Source: Candidatus Woesebacteria bacterium (GTDB taxonomy: Bacteria; Patescibacteriota; Microgenomatia; UBA1400; MFAQ01). Taken from it: a DNA stretch of 64,000 nt. This document shows positions 48,447 to 57,459 of the stretch, piece by piece. The position numbers and the translations under genes were made by a program. Below the pieces are notes generated by a model. It saw only the letters and a program-made list of their open reading frames with translations, did not search any database and was not told the origin of the DNA. Location of the stretch: assembly GCA_035389185.1 (NCBI GenBank), contig DAOORK010000001.1, positions 695,419 to 759,418 on the forward strand, given 5' to 3'. Each line of letters starts with the position of its first letter. The stretch's first letter is position 1.

Positions 48447-49756
48447 TAGGAGACTGGAATTTCAACGATATTTTGGGTCTTAATGATAGGTTTTTTTCGT
48501 ATACCAAACAGAATTACAAGAGAGCAAGAAGAAGAGCCGATGATAAGCTGGTGACGAAAAAAATGTTAATGATGGCAAAAGTGCCTCATCCAAAGTTACT
48601 GGGAAAAATTGGCAGTAGAAAAGGACTGGATAATTTTGAGTGGAACAAATTGAGTGGAGGAATAGTAATCAAACCCGTAAAAGGATTTGGCGGTCAGGGA
48701 ATCTTGATTCTGAGAAAATCGATAAAAGAAGCAGACAAGTTTTTCTTGCCAACGGGGAAATCTATTAGTCTTGATCAAATAAAAGTTCATGCGATGGATA
48801 TTATCGAAGGAAGATTTTCCCATAATAACTTGCCGGACAAAGTGATGATTGAGGAAAGAATATACATTCATCCCAAGTTTAAAAAACTTTCTGCTGGAGG
48901 AACTCCAGATGTTCGTATCATTGTTTATAACAAAGTACCTGTGATGGCGATGTTGCGTTTGCCTACGGAAGAATCTGAAGGTAAGGCTAACTTGCACATG
49001 GGAGCTATTGGTTTGGGAATTGATATTGCAACAGGAATTACTACTTATGGCGTATATAAGAATGAACTGATTAAGCGCTTCCCCGACAGTGGTAAAAAAG
49101 TTAATGGAATATTTATTCCTCACTGGAACAAACTAATGCTGATGGCAGTAAAAGCTCAGATTGTAAGCAAATTGAAATATTTGTCTGTTGACATGCTTAT
49201 TGATAAGGATAAAGGACCTGTGGTTTTGGAACTCAATGATCAGCCTGGGCTTTCTATTCAACTGGCCAACATGGCTGGTCTTAGAAAACGACTGGAGAGA
49301 GTAGAAGGACTAAAAATCGATTCACCAGAAAAGGGAGTAAAAATTGGACGGGCGTTGTTTGCTTCCGAGTTTGCCAGCCGAGTCAAGTTTGACACGATGG
49401 AAAGACCGGTAGTGTCTGTTTTTGATCAAGTAGCTCTTAAGGCTTATCAGGGTAAAAGAACAATGATAAAAGTGAAGTTGGACACAGGAGCATATAGTAC
49501 AAGTATTGATCGGAAATTGGCTGAGAAGATGGATTTGCTTAATCCAAAAAATATAATAATGGAAAAGAGTTTTAGATCAGCACTGGGCGTACAAATGAGA
49601 CAAATTGTTGGGGTGAACTTTCGACTGAAAGGTGTCAGAATAAAGACTGTAGCCTCAATTACCAGTAGAGGACATCTTGATTATCAAATGATAATTGGCC
49701 GAAGAGACCTCAAGGGATTTTTGGTTGATCCAATTTCAGATGAAGCGGATCAATAA
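48443..49756 (+). CDS. Alpha-L-glutamate ligase-like ATP-grasp protein fused to a RimB-like aspartic-protease domain
   Basis: DDKL.TK, KP..G.GGQGI, D.RII, AMLRLPT..S.GKANLH.G, LELN.QPG; C-terminal KLDTGA...IIGRRDL. Confidence 0.85.
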   Translation: MIGDWNFNDILGLNDRFFSYTKQNYKRARRRADDKLVTKKMLMMAKVPHPKLLGKIGSRKGLDNFEWNKLSGGIVIKPVKGFGGQGILILRKSIKEADKFFLPTGKSISLDQIKVHAMDIIEGRFSHNNLPDKVMIEERIYIHPKFKKLSAGGTPDVRIIVYNKVPVMAMLRLPTEESEGKANLHMGAIGLGIDIATGITTYGVYKNELIKRFPDSGKKVNGIFIPHWNKLMLMAVKAQIVSKLKYLSVDMLIDKDKGPVVLELNDQPGLSIQLANMAGLRKRLERVEGLKIDSPEKGVKIGRALFASEFASRVKFDTMERPVVSVFDQVALKAYQGKRTMIKVKLDTGAYSTSIDRKLAEKMDLLNPKNIIMEKSFRSALGVQMRQIVGVNFRLKGVRIKTVASITSRGHLDYQMIIGRRDLKGFLVDPISDEADQ

Positions 49757-49767
49757 ATACAAATAAT

Positions 49768-50679
49768 ATGAAAATTGCTGTTTTTTACAGAGTTGATTTT
49801 GAAGAGACCAGAGCTCGTTTGGATGAAGAATCAGTAAGACTGGGACTAGAATTATCATGGATAAAGTACAAAGAGTTGAAAGTTGTTGGAAAGGATATTT
49901 TGTGGGGAGAAACCAATCTTAAAGATTTTGACGGTTGGTATTTTAGAGCCGTGGGAAATGAATTGGAGTGGAGTAAGCTTTTACAATTTTATGCCAAGAA
50001 ACACAACATCTTGGTCGTTGATGACTATTTGCTTTCCGAAGGGCCGCTGCGAAGATTTAAGTCGGTTATGAGTTGGCAGTTGCTTGATGCCGGTATAAAG
50101 TATCCTAAATCAAGTTTTGTGGAGAGCCTATCTGATCTTCAAAATGAACTTGAAACTTGGGAGTTTCCTTTGATAGTAAAAATGTCTAAAGGGGGCAGAC
50201 ACGGAATGGGAACATTTTTTCTTAAGGAACTTGCCGATTTTAGGAATTTGGAAGAAAAACTTACATCAAGAGTGGAGTTGTCGGTAGCTGAGGGTAAGAA
50301 AGGTACTGAACTGAGAGGATTTTTGATTCAAGAATATATAGAAAATGATGGTGATTATCGAGTAATGACGGTGGGTTATAAATGTATCGGCGGTTTTAAA
50401 AGAATGCCCAAGGTGGAAAAATTGATATTGAATCAGAGCGAAGGGAATTCGGTAGGGCTTGCGGAAGTGCCTGCAGAAGTGGCTAAAGTTGCTGAGGATG
50501 CTGCGAAAGTGTTGGGGGTGGAGATTGCGGGAACTGATCTTGTGATCAGCAAAAAAACAGGTGAAGTTTATTTAATTGAAGTGAATGAAGCACCTCAGTT
50601 TAAAGTGTTTGAAAAGAGAACAAAAATTAATGCTCCAAGAAAAATATTGGAATACTGTATTAGCAAGTTTGGTAATTAA
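49768..50679 (+). CDS. RimK-family ATP-grasp ligase
   Basis: P.IVK...GRHG.G, IQEYI..D.RV, AG.DL, EVNEAPQF. Confidence 0.85.
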   Translation: MKIAVFYRVDFEETRARLDEESVRLGLELSWIKYKELKVVGKDILWGETNLKDFDGWYFRAVGNELEWSKLLQFYAKKHNILVVDDYLLSEGPLRRFKSVMSWQLLDAGIKYPKSSFVESLSDLQNELETWEFPLIVKMSKGGRHGMGTFFLKELADFRNLEEKLTSRVELSVAEGKKGTELRGFLIQEYIENDGDYRVMTVGYKCIGGFKRMPKVEKLILNQSEGNSVGLAEVPAEVAKVAEDAAKVLGVEIAGTDLVISKKTGEVYLIEVNEAPQFKVFEKRTKINAPRKILEYCISKFGN

Positions 50680-50823
50680 TTTTATTTATGTCTTCAAACC
50701 AGCATCTTTTATTGGCGAGCGACAATTATCTCGATTCTCGACTTGAATTCTCACTGCGTGAGACCAAGCAATTCAAGTCTGCGAAGCGTCGCATAAACGA
50801 CACTGGTTCAAGACATATAAAAT
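50679..50823. repeat. Branched palindromic element, copy B (between two rimK-like genes)
   Basis: TATGTCTT/AAGACATA and AACCAG/CTGGTT outer stems; core CTCGATTCTCGACTTGAATT-[CTCAC-TGC-GTGAG]-ACCAAGCAATTCAAGTCTGCGAA. Confidence 0.8.
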
Positions 50824-50827
50824 CAAT

Positions 50828-51757
50828 ATGAAAAAAGTATTAATACTGACTAGATTTAGAGGAGAGTATGAACCAAGAAGGTTGGCTGAAGAGGCTTTGG
50901 CCTTGGGTTATGAAGTGGATAGAGTGAACTACGAGCATGTACGTCTCGGAGTGAGTCTTGAGGGAAAACCAGTAATTGACCTAATGACGGGGAAGAGACT
51001 GGAAGAGTATGACTTGGTCATACCACGTGCTGCTTCAAAACGGGGAGGAGAGTCGATGATTGGGGTGAAGTCAGTAATCATGGAATACATAGAAAAATTA
51101 TCTGATGAAAATAGACCAAAAGTAATCAATGGTGAAAGTTTTCGACTTTATCCTTTGATGGGAAAGTTGGAGCAGGGAATTCTATTAGCTCAAGCCGGAA
51201 TATCGACAATTCCTTTTGTTTCGTTTAATGGACTGCGAGGATGGAAGAGATATTTGGAAACTGTGGTACTTAGGAAAACACCATTTGTACCAGTAATGGT
51301 TAAAGCCCGATTTGGGAGTCATGGAAAAAATGTGAAATTGGCGCAGAATTATGAAAAGTTGGAGAAACTCTCAAAAAAATACAGTGTGGGAGATGTGTTG
51401 ATTCAACCTGTGATAAAAGTTCGTCGATGGTATCGTGTACTGGTTTTGAATGGGGTTGTTTTGGGGATGATGAAACACCGACAAAAAAATAAGTTCCAGA
51501 CTGAAGAACTCCAATCTGAGACGGCTCTATTGAAGCCAAAATTTACCAAAGAACAGATGTTTGAACTGGAAAGATTGGCCCTTAAAGCAACAGAGGTTCT
51601 AAAGGCCGATTTTGCAGGATTGGATATCGCTTGGGACGAAGACCTTGGTGGATGGAGAATCTTTGAGGTGAACAGAACAGCTCAATTTAAATGGTTTGAA
51701 AAAGCACATCCAGAAATTAACGTGGCAAAGACAATGTTAGATTTTGGAAAAGTTTGA
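50828..51757 (+). CDS. Second RimK-family ATP-grasp ligase
   Basis: PVMVK..FGSHGK.V, IQP.I, YRVLV, FAGLDI, EVNRTAQF. Confidence 0.82.
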   Translation: MKKVLILTRFRGEYEPRRLAEEALALGYEVDRVNYEHVRLGVSLEGKPVIDLMTGKRLEEYDLVIPRAASKRGGESMIGVKSVIMEYIEKLSDENRPKVINGESFRLYPLMGKLEQGILLAQAGISTIPFVSFNGLRGWKRYLETVVLRKTPFVPVMVKARFGSHGKNVKLAQNYEKLEKLSKKYSVGDVLIQPVIKVRRWYRVLVLNGVVLGMMKHRQKNKFQTEELQSETALLKPKFTKEQMFELERLALKATEVLKADFAGLDIAWDEDLGGWRIFEVNRTAQFKWFEKAHPEINVAKTMLDFGKV

Positions 51758-51768
51758 TAGGATATCAT

Positions 51769-52173
51769 ATGAATCCTTTTACAGAAGAACTTAGTGGAAT
51801 TACTGAACTAGAACAAAGAAAGTCAGACTTACAAAATTATTTGGCTGGTTTGGATCTTGCCTTTGGATTAACAAGAAATATTGATGATCTTGAAACAATA
51901 AAAAAAATTAAGGAAAAGGCAAATGTGGCTGGAGAAAGACAGCTGGGGAGAGAGGCAGGCGTAGACGTATACGTTGATAGAGCGATGGCAGAGATAATTA
52001 CAAGAAAACTTGGAGAAGAAAAGTCTCGTCATTATTTAGGAGTGTACAAAGAAGAAGTTCAAGAAAAAATGTTTGGTACAACAATGCCGGCTTCCCCGTC
52101 GCTTCAGGAGTATAGGAATAAAGCAAAAGAGAGTTTGTTTATGACAAAGGATGTGAGAAGAATCATGTTTTGA
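51769..52173 (+). CDS. Hypothetical protein
   Basis: TAGGAT 5 nt before ATG 51769; 134-aa ORF. Confidence 0.65.
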   Translation: MNPFTEELSGITELEQRKSDLQNYLAGLDLAFGLTRNIDDLETIKKIKEKANVAGERQLGREAGVDVYVDRAMAEIITRKLGEEKSRHYLGVYKEEVQEKMFGTTMPASPSLQEYRNKAKESLFMTKDVRRIMF

Positions 52174-52198
52174 CGTGGAGATGTTATATTGAGGTAGT

Positions 52199-52375
52199 AT
52201 GCGACAAAAGAATACTATTTATAGCCCTGAATTTCATAACCAGTTTCAGGAGACACCGGATGAAATTAGACACGGGAAAGAGGAAAAGGCAGAACATGCC
52301 AAGAACGATCAAAGACAAGGACAGAGCGACTTTTGGATAAAGAAGAAGACGAGTATAAAAGGACAGCCAAAATAA
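52199..52375 (+). CDS. Possible small hydrophilic protein (58 aa), below the ORF-track cutoff
   Basis: MRQKNTIYSPEFHNQFQETPDEIRHGKEEKAEHAKNDQRQGQSDFWIKKKTSIKGQPK*; TGTTATATT 8 nt upstream. Confidence 0.4.
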   Translation: MRQKNTIYSPEFHNQFQETPDEIRHGKEEKAEHAKNDQRQGQSDFWIKKKTSIKGQPK

Positions 52376-52405
52376 TAAGATTGCAGTGTGTGAGAAAATA
52401 GAAGG

Positions 52406-53671
52406 GTGAAGAAAGTAGCGGTTGGAATTTCTGGAGGTGTAGATAGCGCTGTAGCGGCTTTGCTTTTGAAAAAGGCAGGTTTTGACGTGACGGGAGTACA
52501 TCTTTATTGCTGGCCGCCTAAAAGCGAGATTGAGAAAGATGGTTTGACACGGGAAGAGTGGATCAAAAAAAATGGCTGTCGAGCGGATGAAGATAGAAGT
52601 TTTGCCCTAAAAACTGCACTAGAACTGGAGATTCCTTTTAAAGTTTTGGATTTTTCGGAAGAATACAACCAGAAGGTAATTAAGTATTTTTATGACGAGT
52701 ATGAGGCCGGCAGGACGCCTAATCCGGATGTGATGTGCAACAGTGAAATTAAATTTGGCTTGTTTTTGAAATGGGCTTTGGAGGAAGGCTACGACTATAT
52801 TGCGACAGGGCATTATGCGAAATTGATCGGTGGTGAAGATACTCCTTTTGAACACATTCCTTTGTTGGCCACCGGTAATCCGGCTTCTCCAGCGGAAGCC
52901 GGTCACCTCGATTCTCGACTTGAATTTTTTCCTTCGGAAAATCCAAGCAATTCAAGTCTGCGAAACGTGGCACAAAGGAAAGATGCTCAACGAAGTGAAC
53001 TTCACTTAATGATTCCAGCGGATAAGCATAAGGATCAAACATATTTCCTGTGGAAACTGACACAGAAGGAGTTGGAACACACCTTGTTTCCCTTGGGGGA
53101 CTTGGAGAAGGGAGAAATCCGAAAACTGGCGGAAGAGTACAAACTGAGTGTGGCGAAAAGAAAAGATTCACAGGGAATTTGTTTTGTGGGTAATGTGGAA
53201 GCAAGAGAATTCCTTGCCCGAAGACTGAAAGAAAATCCGGGGAAGGTACTCGATATTCACGGAGAAGAAATCGGCAAACATGATGGAGTCTGGTTTTATA
53301 CCATTGGTCAGCGAGGCGGTTGGGAAATAACACCGTCGGCTCAGAAAAAATTTGCCGACAACGGAGTGACTCCAGTATTTTATGTAATTAAGAAAGATGC
53401 AAAAACAAACACTTTGGTGGTTGGTGAGGCGAGCGAAGCAGAGGAGAATCATTTTGAGATAAGCGAGGTGAATTGGATAAACGAGACGAACGAAAAAAAC
53501 TTGTTGGTTAGAATTCGGCATGGGGGTGAGCTGATATCGGCCAGAGTGGAGAGAGTTGATGACAAGTTGAGAGTTGTGTTGGAAAAAAGTATAAGAGGAG
53601 TTGCCAGTGGACAAAGTGCAGTGTTTTATAGCAAAAAAGGAGAGTGTTTTGGCGGCGGAGTGATTGTCTAA
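52406..53671 (+). CDS. mnmA: tRNA 2-thiouridylase MnmA carrying an in-frame ~58-aa insertion
   Basis: SGGVDS, GRTPNPDVMCN, ATGHYA, KDQTYFL, DSQGICF, YTIGQR, GQSAVFY. Confidence 0.95.
   Translation: MKKVAVGISGGVDSAVAALLLKKAGFDVTGVHLYCWPPKSEIEKDGLTREEWIKKNGCRADEDRSFALKTALELEIPFKVLDFSEEYNQKVIKYFYDEYEAGRTPNPDVMCNSEIKFGLFLKWALEEGYDYIATGHYAKLIGGEDTPFEHIPLLATGNPASPAEAGHLDSRLEFFPSENPSNSSLRNVAQRKDAQRSELHLMIPADKHKDQTYFLWKLTQKELEHTLFPLGDLEKGEIRKLAEEYKLSVAKRKDSQGICFVGNVEAREFLARRLKENPGKVLDIHGEEIGKHDGVWFYTIGQRGGWEITPSAQKKFADNGVTPVFYVIKKDAKTNTLVVGEASEAEENHFEISEVNWINETNEKNLLVRIRHGGELISARVERVDDKLRVVLEKSIRGVASGQSAVFYSKKGECFGGGVIV
52832..53006. repeat. Branched palindromic element, copy C, inside the mnmA coding sequence
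   Basis: GGTGAAG/CTTCACT, TTCCTTTGT/ACAAAGGAA and GCCAC/GTGGC stems; 20-nt and 22-nt core blocks identical to copy B. Confidence 0.85.
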
Positions 53672-53720
53672 AATTTGGGTATTGCTTTGCTTTGAATGGC
53701 TGTTGATATGATGAAAATAT

Positions 53721-54806
53721 ATGAAAGAAAAAGGTGCAAGAATTGTGGTGGGCGGTCAGTGGGGAGATGAGGGGAAGGGTCTAATTTCTGCCTATCTGAC
53801 GGCAAGAGACGAAGCAAGTTTAATTTGTAAGGGAGGAGTAGGTCCAAACGCGGAGCACGGAATTTTTATGACCGAATATGGTCCTTATCTGAAGGTGAAC
53901 CAACTGCCTTTGGGTTGGATGTTTAATGATAGTTGTCAAATCCGCATCGGTTCCGGGGTAGCCGTAAATCCGGAGCTACTATTTGCGGAGATGGAAAAAT
54001 ATGATCTTTGGGACAGAGTGAAGGTTGACTATCGTTGTCCGATTATTACGCCGGAACATATTGAAATGGAGAGGCGGAGTAAGGGAATGAATGCAATCGG
54101 ATCGACTTTTTCCGGGAGCGGGTATTGCAGAGCTGACCATATATTAAGAGTGGCCAAACATGCATCTGACATACCTGATCTCAAAAACTTTATTACTGAC
54201 GTGGGCGTTGAAATAAATAGAACTGCGGGAGACGATGTCGTAACAGTTGAGTCTTCACAGGGAACATATTTGTCATTATCTGTGTCATCGGAGTACCCGA
54301 ACGTAACTTCCGACAACGTGACTTCTATGGCGACGGCGGATGATGTGCTATTGAATTGGCGCAAATTGGAGGAGGTTGTTATGGTAATCAAGACAATGCC
54401 AACGAGAGAAGGAGCGGGATCGCTTGGATCACGTGAGTTATCGATGGAAGAGATCACCTCAAAAGGATTGGTAGAAAACAGCTCGATCGGCGGTGTGATC
54501 CGACGTAAGGGGGAAGGAATAAACTGGAAAATGCTTGCAGAAGCGACTGAGATAAATGGTCCGACGCAGATAGCCCTTACTTTTTGTGAGCATTATGACC
54601 CCAGAGTGGCAGGGGTGACTGAGAAGAGTGGATTAACTAAAGAGATATGGCAATTGATTGAGAAGGTAAAAAAAGTGACGGGAGTACCAGTAACAATGCT
54701 CAATACCGGCAAACCATTTTATTCGATGGTCGACCTTACCGGAAAGGGAGTTGATTGGGGCACAATAAGGGAAAGGTTGGAAAGTCGTTATAAATCGTGG
54801 AAGTAA
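53721..54806 (+). CDS. purA: Short archaeal-type adenylosuccinate synthetase homolog, divergent substrate loops
   Basis: IVVGGQWGDEGKG, GGVGPNAEH, DYRC.II, YPNVTS. Confidence 0.8.
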   Translation: MKEKGARIVVGGQWGDEGKGLISAYLTARDEASLICKGGVGPNAEHGIFMTEYGPYLKVNQLPLGWMFNDSCQIRIGSGVAVNPELLFAEMEKYDLWDRVKVDYRCPIITPEHIEMERRSKGMNAIGSTFSGSGYCRADHILRVAKHASDIPDLKNFITDVGVEINRTAGDDVVTVESSQGTYLSLSVSSEYPNVTSDNVTSMATADDVLLNWRKLEEVVMVIKTMPTREGAGSLGSRELSMEEITSKGLVENSSIGGVIRRKGEGINWKMLAEATEINGPTQIALTFCEHYDPRVAGVTEKSGLTKEIWQLIEKVKKVTGVPVTMLNTGKPFYSMVDLTGKGVDWGTIRERLESRYKSWK

Positions 54807-54840
54807 AAAAAGCCTTCCATGTAAATGGAAGGCGAGTTTT
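54806..54840. terminator. Terminator between convergent genes
   Basis: AAAAAGCCTTCCAT-GTAA-ATGGAAGGC. Confidence 0.7.
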
Positions 54841-55529
54841 TAAACTTTTGTGACCTCGAATAAACGATTGATGCAGTAGCTGAAGAGTGTGCTAATCAGA
54901 CGAAGATAATGATCTGTGTCTGAGGATGCCGGGGAAACTTTGAGTGTCCGAATGGATTGTTTTTTTGAGTAACCGAGGTCAATTCTGGCTATCTTGATGG
55001 AAGAAAAGAGTTTGGGGAGAAATATCTCGTAAGCAGAATCCCCCTTGATCTCTTTGTATTTATAGCCGCTTTTCTGAAGAATCTTGAGGAGATACTTATC
55101 TTTGTTAAAAACGAAGTGTCCTTTTTCGCACTGACCTTCAGATATAAGACGTTCCGGTCTCGATTCGAAGTAGTTGTGATCACATAATGGACACTCTAAC
55201 TGAGGAGTATCGGAGAAGAGGATCAGCTTTTGAAAGAAGTGATTAGTCCGTTTTTGGATTTCGGCAAATGCATCACTAACGGCTTTGACGTCAGCAGTGA
55301 CAAGAAAGAGGATTTTATCGAAAGCATAATCATCAAAATCGATGAAGAACTTTCCTTTGATAACTTCCCCGAGATAGTAACCAATGTATTCTTTGAGATC
55401 GACTCGGAAATCACAGTCTCGGTGGTCTACCTGGATATAAACAGGTTTGGCGAAGACAATGGTGGCTACGTATTTCTGACACCTAGGACAGTAAACCCCC
55501 TCGTGATAGGAAAGAAATGAATTTGACAC
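54840..55529 (-). CDS. Hypothetical orphan with two CxxC-containing (Zn-ribbon-like) modules
   Basis: GTG at 55529 after AGAGAGGG; CPRC...DC and CPLC...C.KGH; own TTGACT/TACAAT promoter. Confidence 0.6.
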   Translation of the reverse strand: MSNSFLSYHEGVYCPRCQKYVATIVFAKPVYIQVDHRDCDFRVDLKEYIGYYLGEVIKGKFFIDFDDYAFDKILFLVTADVKAVSDAFAEIQKRTNHFFQKLILFSDTPQLECPLCDHNYFESRPERLISEGQCEKGHFVFNKDKYLLKILQKSGYKYKEIKGDSAYEIFLPKLFSSIKIARIDLGYSKKQSIRTLKVSPASSDTDHYLRLISTLFSYCINRLFEVTKV

Positions 55530-55691
55530 ATACCCTCTCTTTCTGAATTTTAAGGTGTGATTATGACAAAGGGGATTGTATCCTATATACACGAAGAAGT
55601 CAAAAAATAGACCCTCGGGCGAGGGTCTTGAATTAAAGATTTTTAAAGAATGGGTATGGTTTGTGGCTTTTGAATTCTGATATATTGAAAT

Positions 55692-57044
55692 GTGAAACAT
55701 AAAAAGTTTGATTTTCTGATTGTAGGGGCAGGGCCGGCCGGAATGTTTGCTTGTTTGGAGCTGCTGAAGAAAAAAATACCTGGAGAAAAAATTGCCTTGT
55801 TTGATATGGGGTCTCGGCTGGAAGACCGGAAGAAAAGTGAAGTGATGACGGGATTCGGAGGAGCGGGAACGTACTCTGATGGAAAACTACACTACACACC
55901 AAAGTTGTCACACGAGCGAACCTTTCACCTGATAGATCCGGATGACTACCAAAAAGTTTTGAATGCGGTGGAAAAAACATTTAAGGATTTTGGAGTGGAT
56001 ACAGAGTATTTCCCAAAAAATGTGGAGGAAGTGGAAGCAATGGTTTCGGAGGCGGAGAGAAATGATGTGGAGTTGGTGGTGCGCAGGGCTCAGCATGTGG
56101 GGACAGACAAATTAAAAGAAGTGGTAGCAAAGATAGAAAAATATCTGTTGGATAAGGGAGTGAATTTGTTTTGTAAGACGGAGATTACGGGCTTAATTAT
56201 GGAAAAAGGAGAAATAAAGGGGATAGTGGATAAGAAGAAACAGAAATATTTGGGGAAGAAGATTTTGTTGGTACCAGGTAGGGTGAATACCGCCTGGTTA
56301 CAAAAATTGGGCACCAAGTATGGCATAAAGTATCAATACGATATGGTGGAAATTGGAGTGAGGGTGGAGTTTCCGCGGTCGATCATGAAGAAATATGCTG
56401 AAGCTTTGTATGAAGTAGTGCTTAAAGTAAGAACAAAGACTTTTGATGATGTAATGAGAACATTTTGTTCGTGCCCGAATGGTTTGGTAGCTGTGGAAAC
56501 GTATCCAGAGTACGTCTGTGTGAATGGACACTCATTGTCGGATCATAAATCGGTGAACTCGAATTTTGCTTTTTTGTGTGAAGTGCATTTGACGGAACCA
56601 GTAGAGAACTCGATTGAGTATGCCGAGTCGATTGCTAAACTGGCGACGACGATCGGGGGTGGTAAACCGATACTGCAAAGGCTGAAGGACCTGCAAAGAG
56701 GCAGAAGAAGTACTTGGAGCCGACTAAAAAAGTCGATGGTACACCCTTCACTAAAAGACGTAACACCGGGAGATATTTCAATGGCTTTGCCTCACAGAAT
56801 CGTGGTGAATATTTTGGAAGGATTGGAGAAATTGGATGCGGTGATGCCAGGTATAAACTCGGGATCGACACTTCTGTATGCTCCAGAAGTGAAACTCCGA
56901 TCATCAAAAGTGGCTTTGACAAAAAACATGGAGACGACGGTGAAGAATGTGTATGCGGCGGGAGATGCGGCCGGAATTTCGGGCTCGATTACTGGGGCGG
57001 CGGCTACGGGAATAATGGCGGCAAGGGGGATGATGAAGAGGTAA
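55692..57044 (+). CDS. NAD(P)/FAD-dependent oxidoreductase (uncharacterised family)
   Basis: IVGAGPAG, GFGGAGTYSDGKL, HVGTD, GVRVE, RTFC.CP.G, VNGHS, AGD.AG. Confidence 0.88.
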   Translation: MKHKKFDFLIVGAGPAGMFACLELLKKKIPGEKIALFDMGSRLEDRKKSEVMTGFGGAGTYSDGKLHYTPKLSHERTFHLIDPDDYQKVLNAVEKTFKDFGVDTEYFPKNVEEVEAMVSEAERNDVELVVRRAQHVGTDKLKEVVAKIEKYLLDKGVNLFCKTEITGLIMEKGEIKGIVDKKKQKYLGKKILLVPGRVNTAWLQKLGTKYGIKYQYDMVEIGVRVEFPRSIMKKYAEALYEVVLKVRTKTFDDVMRTFCSCPNGLVAVETYPEYVCVNGHSLSDHKSVNSNFAFLCEVHLTEPVENSIEYAESIAKLATTIGGGKPILQRLKDLQRGRRSTWSRLKKSMVHPSLKDVTPGDISMALPHRIVVNILEGLEKLDAVMPGINSGSTLLYAPEVKLRSSKVALTKNMETTVKNVYAAGDAAGISGSITGAAATGIMAARGMMKR

Positions 57045-57112
57045 TTGTCTTGACATTATAGGGTAAATATGGTAGTATATGGACGTACTTAACATCATAA
57101 CCGGAGGATGTA

Positions 57113-57364
57113 TTGAATACTTTTGTTGATCCTAATGAGCTGACTGAAGCGGAAGCCAACATTTATTATTGGCTGATCTTAAATCCCGACAAAAGGAAAT
57201 GCACCCGGGCGTTCATTCGCCAAGGTGGAAATCGGCGCCAAGATCATGGTTCCCGCGGTCTGCACCAGGGTCATACTTGGGACGATCGAGAACGAGATTT
57301 TTCTCAATCGGCCAAACGTCGTGACTTTCGGGCGGCCGGAAGACAGATCACCGGAACAATGTAG
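57113..57364 (+). CDS. Hypothetical orphan; frame of the 3' half uncertain
   Basis: TTGACA...TAGTAT promoter, GGAGG SD, TTG start, terminator at 57371-57403. Confidence 0.45.
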   Translation: MNTFVDPNELTEAEANIYYWLILNPDKRKCTRAFIRQGGNRRQDHGSRGLHQGHTWDDRERDFSQSAKRRDFRAAGRQITGTM

Positions 57365-57459
57365 TTTTATAAAAGCCTCTTGCAATTGCGAGAGGCTTTT
57401 TCTTTTGGAATTGACATAAAAAAGGAGGCCGGGTGGCCTCCTTGGATCGTACGAGAGAT

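Noticed and set aside
53721-54806. PurZ (Z-genome) assignment
   Set aside because: Retains the PurA Asp in GDEGKG (PurZ has Ser) and there is no phage context.
57225-57419. Alternative-frame ORF suggesting a frameshift in the 57113 gene
   Set aside because: It runs through the terminator and no slippery site is evident; cannot be resolved without homologs.
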